Under the pieces are notes generated by a model. It was not told where the DNA came from and made no database searches. It saw only the letters and a program-made list of their open reading frames with translations. Of a stretch of DNA of 64,000 nt, positions 22,392-35,904 are shown in pieces. Position 1 is the first letter of the stretch. Every line of letters begins with the position of its first letter. Source of the stretch: Antedon mediterranea (taxonomy: Eukaryota; Animalia; Echinodermata); contig NC_092672.1 in assembly GCF_964355755.1 (NCBI RefSeq), forward strand, positions 4,402,001 to 4,466,000, read 5' to 3'. The position numbers and the translations under genes are program-made.

Positions 22392-25339
22392 TAGCGATCA
22401 GTGTCAGATCAACGGCGTTTTTCATGGAAGGCATTTCACTAGAGTTCATTTAGCTATAGGTCATCATTTCTTAGCAAAATCAATTCAATCACCTTTGTGA
22501 TTTTCCGTTAATTTATTCTTACTACAGTACAGTATATATGTACTGCATTTGGTATAACCATAATTAAATATAGACAAAAACGCTGGTAGCTGTTATTACG
22601 TTTCCTATTAAAAATGGAAATATTAATTTTGCAGTGATAAATTAATGCATATATAAAACACTATTAATTGTCTTTCACGCTCACCAGCTAGTAAAGTATT
22701 TTGTGAATATTGTCATGTCGCAATGTTCGGTCTTTTTGTGTGTTTTTTTTATCACTATTATAAGTGGCCATGACCTGAACAAAAAAATATAATTACAAAA
22801 ATTTAGTATAGTTACTGTTAGAAATGATGAACTAATTTTTAACAAGTACCATGGTTCTATTTTTCATTTTTTTCGTAACCCCTCCTCGAAACCCCAATGA
22901 TGTCACTACCATTGAGAGGATTTAAATTTTAAAAAAGGGGGAATCCCCGTTAGCTAATATTGTTTTTAGTTTACGCTCTATGTTGTTCCAAAGATTTGTC
23001 ATGCCTGAAAGTTTCTTCACAGAGCATAGAGAATTCAGAGAGTAAAGTAAAGAAAGTCTATGTTTCTAAATCGTTTTGGTCATGGTTGTATGTAGTTATT
23101 TCTTTATTATATCATTTTCTTTCTTGGCTCAGCTAAGATGAAATGATATCTGAGATGTAAGTTTTATCCATAAACACTTCATTGTAGATTATCAATTAAC
23201 TTCTTTGGCCAACCGATAAATTGGGTTCGACCTTTTATAACTGACGTTGTTTAGAAGAATATATCTTAGACGTAGTCTTATCCATGATGTTGCTGAACCA
23301 GCTAATCATCCATTGCATCTAAGACAATTGCCGTCGAGATAGATATATCGTAGGATGCTCTTTGGACGTTGCCGCCGGCAAGATAGGAGACTCAATACTT
23401 TATTATTTGTCAATTACAGTATATTGATTTTGAAATAGAACCATATCGACATGGCTATTAGTCTTAAAATGTTTTGTAGTATTTTTCAGAATTAAATATT
23501 TATTTTCTAAATCTGTCCTCGTAATAATAAATACTACCACATTAGTATGACACATCCATTATTTCCAGAGTGTTTGTTTTAGTACACCCAAAATGCACAT
23601 CTGTTTCGTCAAATGATGATCCAACCTATTGACAATAGCTTAATGAACCGATTAAACAATGTATTGCAATATTGTGTTTATGAATCGTAGCTTTTCAGTT
23701 TAGTGATGTTTTGATGGTTTGTGCTTAACAACTCCAGCGAATCCCTTTTGTGTAGGTACAGTAAGGTGATATGTCCTGTTGCAATATTGTTGTTTATTAT
23801 GTATTTAGGCTGTGTATAGGGTCTGTACAAGATGGCATTTTGAACCGGTAAGTGTGAGATAGGCTGATGTTTTGTTAATTGGAAGTTTAGGCCTAGAAAT
23901 CGAGTTTAGTGTAGGCCTACAACGTTTTGTATAATGATGCGTCGTAATGTGGTTTATTCGTTTGCTTATGCCGTGACTCTGTAATGTATAGAGATAACCA
24001 AATATGCCTAAAACTAGGGAGATGTTATCAAGTAGGCCTAGTTAAAACTACCTCAATAGTATTTATAGCTAGTGATAGTAAGATTATCTCGAAAGTAGTC
24101 CTATGGGGGAGAACATGGCCTTTCTGAAATTGTGATTGTACCCAACTCTGATATTTCGTTACTACCCGTTACACATTTGGACGGTGACACCAGTTACCAA
24201 ACATTGTTTGATTCAAACATGATAGACGTATTGGATATTAATACGTTACAGTATTTTGATTTGCACATTAGAAACGTGTTAGCAATAGCCTTGAATCATA
24301 ATGAAAACATCTAGTGTCAGGCAGTGCGATTAATAACACGAGTAATGGATTCGATATTGAATATCTATGTGTAGTCCGACTCAATTATGAGCATATTGCT
24401 AACAATCTCACTCAGTCTTGGTCGTGTAGGGAAAACATCGTGTCAGACAATTCTGTTATTGTTAACCGATTCTCGGTACTGTATCTATAGGGAATTCCGT
24501 AATATGTAACATAAGTATCACAGGTGACGCATGTATCATAGGACATTAACATAATACAAAGTAACATGTGATACATATGTGACGCTGTATTACAATTTGC
24601 ATGATAATAGACATGTAATGCCATATTATGGAGATACAGTAAGTACATAAAGATAATCTGGCATGGAATTGTGCTCACTCGCAAACGTTTCTTTCTCATA
24701 ACCAGTAGGCTGTTTTTTGTTTGTTTTGTATTCTAAATGTTTTTAGAATGTTTTAGGTTTTAGCTTGTATTCGGATATTTTACAAAAACATTGAACTGTG
24801 TCAGTATGTGAGGATGTGTCGGAATCAATGTTACATCGTACATAATTATAAACCTATAGGCAGGTCTTCCTTTGTCCTTATGTGTGAACACGCACTAGCA
24901 AACAGGTGTCTCGCATTCTCGTTGTAGGCCAGAGAATTGATTTTTTAATATTGTACATGAGTCAACTTCATATCGTAGATTAACACCTATTAGTCAATTG
25001 TAAACAATGAACCTTTGGAAATGATGGAACAATTAATATATCGTAAAAAATATCTCCTAATAATGATTCACGAATGATAATATGCAATAAATTATTATCA
25101 TTGAGTAAAAGCTAAAATCAGTTTTTCTAACTCAATTGTTGGCCTACTAAGTCTACTGTAGAATCCAAGCAATCAATCCAATATAGAACTTGAACTCATT
25201 TATTGAAAGTATAATTATAAGAAATAAACTGTTTTCAAACTACCCTCAATTTGTTGTATTTTTACAGGAATTGCATGCAGTCGTTAGTTATGGTAACAGT
25301 ATAACTAAAATCTGGCAGTGAGTTTATAAACACGTTAAA

Positions 25340-26194
25340 ATGGCATTTTCGAGGAAAAAATCCGCTCAATTTGACCTCACCGAGGAGCCTCCATCGTTTG
25401 AGGTATGCTACCTTGGTAGAATGATTACGCGGGTTAAAATGGGACGAGAATGCACCAAAGACATCGTGCGGACATTGTACAATAAAGCGCGCGGCAGACA
25501 TGATTTACAACGCGTACACGTGACTATATCAACCAAAGGTATGCGAGTATCTGAATCACCAGCCATTGCTGCAAATAGACAAACCTTTATACCGATTTAT
25601 ACAGTAACGTATGGTTCTGCTGATAAAGTGTACCAACGTGTATTTTCTTTTATAACGACTGTACAAAGAGATAACAATGAGGAGTCAACCTTTGTGTGTC
25701 ATGCGTTCTTGTGTAGAGACACCTCAATGGCAAAGACAATGGTGATGCATCTCTTAAGTGCCTTCAAATGTGCTTTTGGAGATTGGAAAAAATATGCCAA
25801 TAGGCAAAAGATCAAAGATCGGTTAGAAGCTGGACCAAGTATTTCTAACGGAGTTGTTCCAGATAATGTAAATGGATCATCAACGAGTACTTCTGCAGAT
25901 TTGACAGACAATCCGTTGGAGATTATGTTGCCGCCTAAAGACCAATCGACCAGAGTTGAAAAGGTTGCTCAGTGGATGGAAAGATGGTTGCATTTAAGTG
26001 TGCCACAAGACTCTCAATATGTTGGTATTCTTTTTCCAGATGATGAAGAGGAATTTAATCGAGAGTTTGAAGAATTTTCTAGAAGAAACGGAACATCTTC
26101 TTTAGATAGACGTAATAGTCGAGAAGAGACATTGTCGCAATCTGTCTTTCCAAAAAAGGAAGTACGAAGAAAGAAAAGTATTACTACTAGCTAA
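25340..26194 (+). CDS. PTB/PID-domain adaptor (FAM43-like) paralog 3, 284 aa
   Basis: RKKSAQFDLTEEPPSFEVCYLG..GRECTKDIV..VTISTKGMRV..VTYGSAD..RVFSFI..CHAFLC; the closest of the four to FAM43 (ITSEDPTYTVLYLG..GCTD); probable 5'UTR acceptor tttacag at 25267. Confidence 0.88.
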   Translation: MAFSRKKSAQFDLTEEPPSFEVCYLGRMITRVKMGRECTKDIVRTLYNKARGRHDLQRVHVTISTKGMRVSESPAIAANRQTFIPIYTVTYGSADKVYQRVFSFITTVQRDNNEESTFVCHAFLCRDTSMAKTMVMHLLSAFKCAFGDWKKYANRQKIKDRLEAGPSISNGVVPDNVNGSSTSTSADLTDNPLEIMLPPKDQSTRVEKVAQWMERWLHLSVPQDSQYVGILFPDDEEEFNREFEEFSRRNGTSSLDRRNSREETLSQSVFPKKEVRRKKSITTS

Positions 26195-26388
26195 CCAAAA
26201 TGATCATGTATTTCCAACTTTAAATGCAGAGTTTTTATAATGTCTACAGGTCTTCGAAAGGAATTGAAGGCACTTGTTATAACTTCTGTTATAACTTCTG
26301 TCTTATATCCGTCTTCCATTTCCAAGCCAAAAATACATGTTCATAAAACGTGATATACACGTTCTTCAATGTAATGTTCTGAATTTAA

Positions 26389-26548
26389 AGCTCTGTCTAC
26401 ACTATCAAACTCTATATGACACAAAATGTGATGTGCCCATATATGGACAGGATGATGTCATATCACTACCATATTTGGGCATATCACTACATATTTGGGC
26501 ACAGCACACGTTTTTGGTCAAACTAAGTTTGATAGTGTAGACAGAGCT
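26389..26548. mobile_element. MITE family B (TIR AGCTCTGTCTACACTATCAAACT; Harbinger-type)
   Basis: 23-bp TIR, TAA TSD; lies just downstream of the PTB paralog 3 stop codon. Confidence 0.87.
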
Positions 26549-26581
26549 TAACGAATATTCAAAATACTATTTTCGCTACTG

Positions 26582-26740
26582 TATCTATTTCCGAAGTATC
26601 ATAGGAAGAATATTTTTATCACATGTGTGTAGTAGTCACGTAAACCCTTTAACCTAACCTTCATGATACAGGCACCACATGTGATATAAATGAGATGTTG
26701 TATTACCAAATATTCTTATGATACTTCGAAAATAGATAGT
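26582..26740. mobile_element. Imperfect inverted-repeat element with central aaccc/taacctaacc tract
   Basis: tatctatttccgaagtatcata pairs with tatgatacttcgaaaatagata; inner atcacatgtg/cacatgtgat. Confidence 0.55.
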
Positions 26741-28373
26741 ATATGAAGATAGCACTGGGAATCGGGTAATTTTATCGCAAGACACTATTGTCCATTCAAA
26801 GCTTTTAAAAATTCAACACATTGAATTTTATATATAGTTTTTCATTGACTAAGATATGATACAAAATAAAACATACAATATAAAGTTTAATAAGTTATTC
26901 TGAAAATCATTGTTGAGTTTTGAATCCGAAAGCTGCAAGAAACGAAATAGAATCAATGATTTTAACAATATTTCTAGCCTATTTTTTACGAATAGAATTG
27001 TTAATGTTATTATATTATTCAGTTCATGCAATATTATTATTACCGTACGATATACAGACAACGCTGGTAATATTTATATATGTAAAGTACAGCGTATTAT
27101 GTAATTTATGTTATGACAATAAACATTAAACAAAGATTTGTACCGTTTTGGTCATATTATGTGTTTCCACTATCTTCATTCCTGTGTCATTAATTATCAT
27201 CGTCAACATTTGTATTCATTTATTCAACATTACTTTAATTAATCATTTCATCTCGCCCAAATTGGTTTTAACAAGTTATAATATATTCCATCATCCTTGT
27301 TTTAAATTAATGAATCATAATCAGGCATTGATATTCCTAATCATTACTGTATTTTTCGTCCGAATTTCATATACAGTCTAGTACTGTAGCGCCACCATTT
27401 TGAGATTTTTCATTTTTATCAACTTTCATTTTTGTCTTCTAATGTTGAATAGCGCCACCAAATGATTTCAGATTCCTTCAGCAACCATTTCACCACCAAC
27501 CGTTTAATTATCGATTACTCTACGTGTACGTTTTACTAAGGCAATCTAAGGACACTGAGCTCGCCTTTCCAAGATGACTTGTAACAGTCCTTTGATCTTA
27601 TGTCTGGTTGCGACAAATACTAACAGTACACTGTACTATGTGCATATTCTCCGCGACTCGCCGTGTCTGCTAAGGGGCGTGGAACTGATCGTGTCGCAGT
27701 CACAAATACACCCTTTGATCTCCGAAGCTCAGCATCCTTTTGTTAGATTGCCTTGGTTTTATCATGAATTGGTTTTGCGACGCATGGTTCTAATTTTGTT
27801 CACAAACTATCGCTTGTAAAATGTTGTGTTGCAATTTTGGAATTTGTTCTTTTGTCGACAAAACGAAAAAATGTGTCGATATGCCTACAATACAACTGCG
27901 CCCCGTATTAGTTACTATCGGACAGTTGGTAATATTAGTAGATTATTGATTTCTGCCCTTACTTATTGATTGATGAGATACGTAAATATAATACATAATA
28001 TCAAAACACACATCAGTTTTAGATTCCAATGATATATATATATTTTATACGGGAAATCATTTTTCGAAACAAACGCTTTTCCAGAAACCATCCTTTCTCA
28101 GCTCATAATGAGATGTTTGTCGAGTTTGAATTGTATTTTGTTGAAAAACCTTTGCAATTATTATTCAAGAGATTTTCATATATTTAATGAAATTGATATT
28201 TAAATGGGGTTAATTTTTTTTTTATAATAAGCATGTGCTTCTTGAATTATTTTCCCCTTTTCTTTGTTTGTTTAAATCAGTTATTTTTATTTTGTCATTT
28301 TGAAATGTCATCGCTCAAAGAAAATAAAAGAAGTTGTCATTGTCATTGAATTATGTACAATGGAAGAAACTTA

Positions 28374-28770
28374 AGGCCCATTCACACTAGGACGATAACG
28401 ATCGACGATAATAGACAATAATTTGCATTTTTCATACATAAAATAAAAGAAATATAAACCTTCATTCTAGAACTATAGAATAACCATCTATGCTTCCTTT
28501 GATAAAAATTATATTTTCACACGTCCAATCAAATGACGTCATGATTAGTAAGAGCAATAATATCGTGACAATACAATGATTTTATTGTTTTTATGTATCA
28601 TGACGTCATTTGATTGGAATTTTAAAAATATTATTTTTATCAAAGACAGCATAAATGATTATCCTATAGTCCTAGAACGAAACCCTTTCTAATTTCTTGT
28701 GTTTTATGTTAAAAAAATGCATGCTTATATATTTATCGTCGATCGTTATCGTCCTAGTGTGAATGGGCCT
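28374..28770. mobile_element. 397-bp fold-back Harbinger-type MITE
   Basis: Perfect terminal IR AGGCCCATTCACACTAGGACGATAACGATCGACGATAA, imperfect arms continuing about 170 bp, TTA TSD. Confidence 0.88.
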
Positions 28771-29010
28771 TTATTCTGAAATAAAACATTTGGTCATAAT
28801 TTTGCTTTTTACATTAATATTCAACATAAACATCTGTTATGTTATTGCTACATACATAGAGCGGGTAACAATACATTTTATAATATTAACGGTATACCCA
28901 TTATAATATTACTGCTATTAATATTTATAATATCAATGCAGTGCTGTTAAATGTGATGAAACATTATTATTTGCGGGATTCTATAGTGCTATTATGGGTT
29001 CTCCTTATGC

Positions 29011-29283
29011 TAACAGTTTAACACATATCCTCGCGTGTCACACGAATATTACACATAACAGTTTAACACATATCCTCGCGTGTCACACGAATATTACACA
29101 TAACAGTTTAACACATATCCTCGCGTGTCACACGAATATTACACATAACAGTTTAACACATATCCTCGCGTGTCACACGAATATTACACATAACAGTTTA
29201 ACACATGTCCTCGCGTGTCACACGAATATTACACATAACAGTTTAACACATGTCCTCGCGTGTCACACGAATATTACACATAA
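29011..29283 (+). repeat. 45-bp minisatellite x6
   Basis: taacagtttaacacatatcctcgcgtgtcacacgaatattacaca. Confidence 0.95.
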
Positions 29284-29302
29284 TATAATGCGTGAATTAT
29301 TA

Positions 29303-29407
29303 TTGATGTAAATATTGCGGTACACCACGTATATTAGTTCTGAAAAGAACTGTTGAGTTTCTCGACGTTTCGATCAATATGCTTTGATCGTTCTGAGGAG
29401 TGAGAAT
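29303..29407 (-). ncRNA. Penelope-like fragment with degenerate minimal hammerhead (29358-29407)
   Basis: Minus strand: ttctcactc-CTCAGAA-c-GATCAA-agcata-TTGATC-GAAA-C-GTC-gagaaa; homologous to 6809-6860 and to 35651-35710. Confidence 0.5.
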
Positions 29408-29730
29408 AAAGAAAGTCCAGGACACTGGGAATATAGGCCTAAGTGGAATAGGGTAGGACTGGTGTAAAAGCTAAAAACCATTGCAAGTATAACACAGTGA
29501 ATTGTTGTTATACTCTTATATTATCATTTTAATACCAAAAAAACGTGTAGTATATGTATATAAATGCTCAAGGCTTTGATTACAGTTCTGATGATGAGAA
29601 TAGTATTCTCGAAACTTGTCGCGTTATTTTATGACAGTCTGCATTTTCATTAAAATGCCGTACGATATAGATTCTCACTCGTAATCTATTATATTATACA
29701 TGATTTATTTGACAAAGACAATGTATTATG

Positions 29731-32250
29731 ACCTTTACCCGATGTATACCCATGTTCTACAGTGTGTCAGTCTTTTACCTTTACCCGATGTATGCCCATG
29801 TTCTACACTGTGTCTTTTACCTTTACCCGATGTATACCCATGTTCTACACTGTGTCTTTTACCTTTACCCGATGTATACCCATGTTCTACACTGTGTCTT
29901 TTACCTTTACCCGATGTATACCCATGTTCTACAGTGTGTCTTTTACCTTTACCCGATGTATACCCATGTTCTACACTGTGTCTTTTACCTTTACCCGATG
30001 TATACCCATGTTCTACACTGTGTCTTTTACCTTTACCCGATGTATACCCATGTTCTACACTGTGTCTTTTACCTTTACCCGATGTATACCCACGTTCTAC
30101 ACTGTGTCTTTTACCTTTACCCGATGTATGCCCATGTTCTACAGTGTGTCTTTTACCTTTACCCGATGTATACCCATGTTCTACACTGTGTCTTTTACCT
30201 TTACCCGATGTATACCCATGTTCTACACTGTGTCTTTTACCTTTACCCGATGTATACCCATGTTCTACACTGTGTCTTTTACCTTTACCCGATGTATACC
30301 CATGTTCTACAGTGTGTCTTTTACCTTTACCCGATGTATACCCATGTTCTACACTGTGTCTTTTACCTTTACCCGATGTATACCCATGTTCTACAGTGTG
30401 TCTTTTACCTTTACCCGATGTATACCCATGTTCTACACTGTGTCTTTTACCTTTACCCGATGTATACCCATGTTCTACACTGTGTCTTTTACCTTTACCC
30501 GATGTATACCCATGTTCTACACTGTGTCTTTTACCTTTACCCGATGTATGCCCATGTTCTACACTGTGTCTTTTACCTTTACCCGATGTATACCCATGTT
30601 CTACAGTGTGTCTTTTACCTTTACCCGATGTATACCCATGTTCTACACTGTGTCTTTTACCTTTACCCGATGTATACCCATGTTCTACAGTGTGTCTTTT
30701 ACCTTTACCCGATGTATACCCATGTTCTACACTGTGTCTTTTACCTTTACCCGATGTATACCCATGTTCTACACTGTGTCTTTTACCTTTACCCGATGTA
30801 TGCCCATGTTCTACACTGTGTCTTTTACCTTTACCCGATGTATACCCATGTTCTACACTGTGTCTTTTACCTTTACCCAATGTATACCCATGTTCTACAC
30901 TGTGTCTTTTACCTTTACCCGATGTATACCCATGTTCTACAGTGTGTCTTTTACCTTTACCCGATGTATACCCATGTTCTACACTGTGTCTTTTATCTTT
31001 ACCCGATGTATACCCATGTTCTACACTGTGTCTTTTACCTTTACCCGATGTATGCCCATGTTCTACACCGTGTCTTTTACCTTTACCCGATGTATACCCA
31101 TGTTCTACACTGTGTCTTTTACCTTTACCCGATGTATACCCATGTTCTACACTGTGTCTTTTACCTTTACCCGATGTATACCCATTTTCTACACTGTGTC
31201 TTTTACCTTTACCCGATGTATACCCTGTTCTACACTGTGTCTTTTACCTTTACCCGATGTATACCCATGTTCTACACTGTGTCTTTTACCTTTACCCGAT
31301 GTATACCCTGTTCTACAGTGTGTCTTTTACCTTTACCCGATGTATGCCCATGTTCTACACTGTGTCTTTTACCTTTACCCGATGTATACCCATGTTCTAC
31401 ACTGTGTCTTTTACCTTTACCCGATGTATACCCATGTTCTACACTGTGTCTTTTACCTTTACCCGATGTATACCCATGTTCTACAGTGTGTCTTTTACCT
31501 TTACCCGATGTATGCCCATGTTCTACACTGTGTCTTTTACCTTTACCCGATGTATACCCATGTTCTACACTGTGTCTTTTACCTTTACCCGATGTATACC
31601 CATGTTCTACACTGTGTCTTTTACCTTTACCCGATGTATACCCATGTTCTACACTGTGTCTTTTACCTTTACCCGATGTATACCCATGTTCTACACTGTG
31701 TCTTTTACCTTTACCTGATGTATACCCATGTTCTACAGTGTGTCTTTTACCTTTACCCGATGTATGCCCATGTTCTACACTGGGTCTTTTACCTTTACCC
31801 GATGTATGCCCATGTTCTACACTGTGTCTTTTACCTTTACCCGATGTATGCCCATGTTCTACACTGTGTCTTTTACCTTTACCCGATGTATACCCATGTT
31901 CTACACTGTGTCTTTTACCTTTACCCGATGTATACCCATGTTCTACACTGTGTCTTTTACCTTTACCTGATGTATACCCATGTTCTACAGTGTGTCTTTT
32001 ACCTTTACCCGATGTATGCCCATGTTCTACACTGTGTCTTTTACCTTTACCCGATGTATACCCATGTTCTACACTGTGTCTTTTACCTTTACCCGATGTA
32101 TACCCATGTTCTACAGTGTGTCTTTTACCTTTACCCGATGTATGCCCATGTTCTACACTGTGTCTTTTACCTTTACCCGATGTATACCCATGTTCTACAC
32201 TGTGTCTTTTACCTTTACCCGATGTATGCCCATGTTCTACAGTATGTCTT
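29731..32250 (+). repeat. 42-bp minisatellite, about 60 copies
   Basis: acctttacccgatgtatacccatgttctacactgtgtctttt with recurring A/G and C/G variants. Confidence 0.97.
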
Positions 32251-33703
32251 CTAAGAGACACACGAGATTAAGCCTGGATAGAGATTGTCTTATGTGATTT
32301 GTAATCGTAATAATAATTGTACCAAATTACCACGGCACGCAGTCACATACATCCTTTCCCCTTTAAAGGCAAACCATCCTGTGTGTTTTTAACAAGGGTA
32401 ACAGACTTCATGGTACCTCAAATAAAATGTCGACAAACACGACTTCGGTGGTTACGATACGAGGAGGAGTACCCAATTAAGATACAGGCGATTAAAATTG
32501 TCGGGTTGCTCAGACAGTTGTACGGCAAGTTTTCATTCTTAATTAATAAATTTGGAAGTATTTTTAATCTGAAACTAAATAAACTTGTCAACTCATATCT
32601 GTCACAATTACCGTAATTGTTCTGAAAATACAAACCTAACAAACCAATACTCGTTACTAGTAGGCCTATTTAAATCTGTCCAGTATCGTAAATGTATTGT
32701 TGAATGGATGCTAAATGAATAAATAAAAATAAAAGGCAATTTCCGTTATACAGCATCACGTGTGTTTATTATGCGACGCCTAACGTTCCATGATACGTGC
32801 ATCACATGTAATATATATACTGTATCACGGAACTTTCCTACGAACTGCACAACATATTGCTATATGTCGGGATAAAGCACTGGAAATCGGTTGGAATTAA
32901 TCATTTACTTTTTTTTCTTTACAAATTGTCTTTTTTTGTATTTTTATTTTCACTTTGTAGTTCAAACTATGAAATCCCTCCAGATTAATCAATGACTCAC
33001 TGGTTTTATAAAGATATTGTAAAAGTCATGCTTTTGTGAACAAAACATAACCCACCTTATTTGGGTAGTTATGTTCCACGTCAGCTACCATCTATACAAT
33101 TGTCTACAAAGTATATATTTATCGGCTTTTGTCGGAAAAGCCAAATTTACGTGAGAATTCCCACGCTAAAAGTTTCAAAACATATTTTTTTATTAATACT
33201 CAATTAAAAAAATGCTTATTTTGAAATTGATTCACCAATGTACAACTCTTGTAACACTATTATTATTATTATTATTTTTATTATAAACAATTATAATTTA
33301 ATTTCGATTTTACCTCCCAGGGTTGTGCCTGTTAAATTATCGATTACCTGATTAACAGGCTTAAAATATTATATTGTAATCAGTAGGTAGGACAAACGGT
33401 TGTGCTAGATATCACTAGGACTGAAGTTGAAGGGCGTTAGGCCTACAGTCTGCTGACTACACACCCGGCTCATCCACAATGGGTGTGGTTGATTCCGGTT
33501 ATTTTTTGTTTATCTTTAATCTAAATCCATTACTAAAAGCAAGAGATAATATCTCTATGTTAAAATTATTGTATATAAATGTGATTTATGACATTCATTA
33601 TTGGGGGGCGTAGGGGTAATTTCTATAATATGATATCGTTGTCAATGTATTTTTTTTTATTTTGAAGATACTAAAGTTCCCCACCATATAGAATGAGCTA
33701 GCC

Positions 33704-33749
33704 CAAAGAGGTTTTATAGTTCACTATAAAACCTCTTCACTACCTCATG
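33704..33749. mobile_element. 46-bp CA..TG palindromic element with 7-bp TSD
   Basis: gctagcc-CAAAGAGGTTTTATAGTTCACTATAAAACCTCTTCACTACCTCATG-gctagcc. Confidence 0.68.
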
Positions 33750-34990
33750 GCTAGCCTTATAATTAGGTTCAGACATAGGCATATTATACAATACCTCTAT
33801 GGCTAGCCTTATAATTAGGTTCAGACATAGGCATATTATACAATACCTCTATGGCTAGCCTTATTAGGTTCAAACATAGGCATATTATACAATACCTCTA
33901 TGGCTAGCCTTATAATTGGGTTCAGACATAGGCATATTATACAATACCTCTATGGCTAGCCTTATTAGGTTCAAACATAGGCATATTATACAATACCTAT
34001 ATGGCTAGCCTTATAATTAGGTTCAGACATATGCATATTATACATACCTCTATGGCTAGCCTTATAATTAGGTTCAGACATACGCATATTATACAATACC
34101 TCTATGGCTAGCCTTATAATTAGGTTCAGACATAGGCATATTATACAATACCTCTATGGCTAGCCTTATAATTAGGTTCAGACATAGGCATATTATACAA
34201 TACCTCTATGGCTAGCCTTATAATTAGGTTCAGACATAGGCATATTATACAATACCTCTATGGCTAGCCTTATAATTAGGTTCAGACATAGGCATATTAT
34301 ACAATACCTCTATGGCTAGCCTTATAATTAGGTTCAGACATAGGCATATTATACAATACCTCTATGGCTAGCCTTATAATTAGGTTCAGACATACGCATA
34401 TTATACAATACCTCTATGGCTAGCCTTATAATTAGGTTCAGACATAGGCATATTATACAATACCTCTATGGCTAGCCTTATAATTAGGTTCAGACATAGG
34501 CATATTATACAATACCTCTATGGCTAGCCTTATAATTAGGTTCAGACATAGGCATATTATACAATACCTCTATGGCTAGCCTTATAATTAGGTTCAGACA
34601 TAGGCATATTATACAATACCTCTATGGCTAGCCTTATAATTAGGTTCAGACATAGGCATATTATACAATACCTCTATGGCTAGCCTTATAATTAGGTTCA
34701 GACATACGCATATTATACAATACCTCTATGGCTAGCCTTATAATTAGGTTCAGACATAGGCATATTATACAATACCTCTATGGCTAGCCTTATAATTAGG
34801 TTCAGACATAGGCATATTATACAATACCTCTATGGCTAGCCTTATAATTAGGTTCAAACATACGCATATTATACAATACCTCTATGGCTAGCCTTATAAT
34901 TAGGTTCAGACATAGGCATATTATACAATACCTCTATGGCTAGCCTTATAATTAGGTTCAGACATAGGCATATTATACAATACCTCTATG
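33750..34990 (+). repeat. 52-bp minisatellite, about 24 copies
   Basis: gctagccttataattaggttcagacataggcatattatacaatacctctatg. Confidence 0.97.
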
Positions 34991-35904
34991 GTACCTAATA
35001 TTACGATATTCCAAAAGAAATGGGTTGCAAGTTTCAGATTGCGTATTTGTAATAGTTTTACAATGTTATTTATTAATTTAGGTACATGGGTCTCTAAAAT
35101 CATTGATGTATTTTAACATCGGATATATTTCAAATAATTACACTAGTTTAACCTTTGACCGAAGTGTATATACACTTAAATTCAACTTCATTTACCTTTG
35201 TACTCTTGTCATCAGTATCCCGCAAGCTAATCAATAGACACAAAGAACATGTAAATGTTTAATGATATGGTTTACCATATTGATTTAGATGTCCCCGGAA
35301 ATAAACTGATCTAATATGGTTGTTTCCTGTAACCACAATTTTATCTTGTTTTATAGACTGAGAATTCTTGTTCGTTATAATAAACTCCACAAAATTGAAA
35401 TAATAAAACATGAGCAAAAGATGTTTCACAGAAAGCGGAAGTTGCATTATTGTATTGAATAATATATTGCGACGATAAATCAATAGTGAAACACAATGTA
35501 TTTTGTGTCTCATATACGTCGTTGTCCAGTAGGCCTTACTGTATAGTTACCATTAACAAAATATGTCTAGACCTAGGCCTAAAAGTACTTTCATCCTTTA
35601 GTACAAACAATATTACATTTATTGTTTGAAGGTTTGATGGCGAAATCAAATGTTGTTAAATTTTGCGGTACACCACGTATATTAGTTCTGAAAAAAAAAA
35701 TGTTGAGTTTAAGGAAAGAGAGTTGTACAACTCCCTGGTGTGAACATAGTTGATATGCAATCATGAAGGTGTGATTCAATCGTATACATACTGGAATTTG
35801 AGTAACCCCTCCTTGAGACACCCCTATTAAGTGCACACTTTCCAAGTATGTTTTAACATTAAGGCCCATTGTTTCGAGGGGACCCTTCCGTAAAACAAGT
35901 ACAG

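Noticed and set aside
28994-29311. 105-aa His/Cys repeat ORF
   Set aside because: Translation of the 45-bp minisatellite.
29588-29620. Plus-strand hammerhead-like CTGATGA-T-GAGAAT..ATTCTC-GAAAC-TT-GTC
   Set aside because: Core and stem II look right but stem I cannot form with the flanks; at most a decayed relic.
29700-32297. Very long ORFs (672-847 aa; also SGKGKRH repeats on the minus strand)
   Set aside because: By-product of a stop-free 42-bp (multiple of 3) minisatellite; open in four frames, with frame switches at single-base deletions.
35716-35737. Palindrome gagttgtacaactccctg resembling the CAGGGAGTTGT mini-element
   Set aside because: No flanking 7-bp duplication and left end damaged; not counted.
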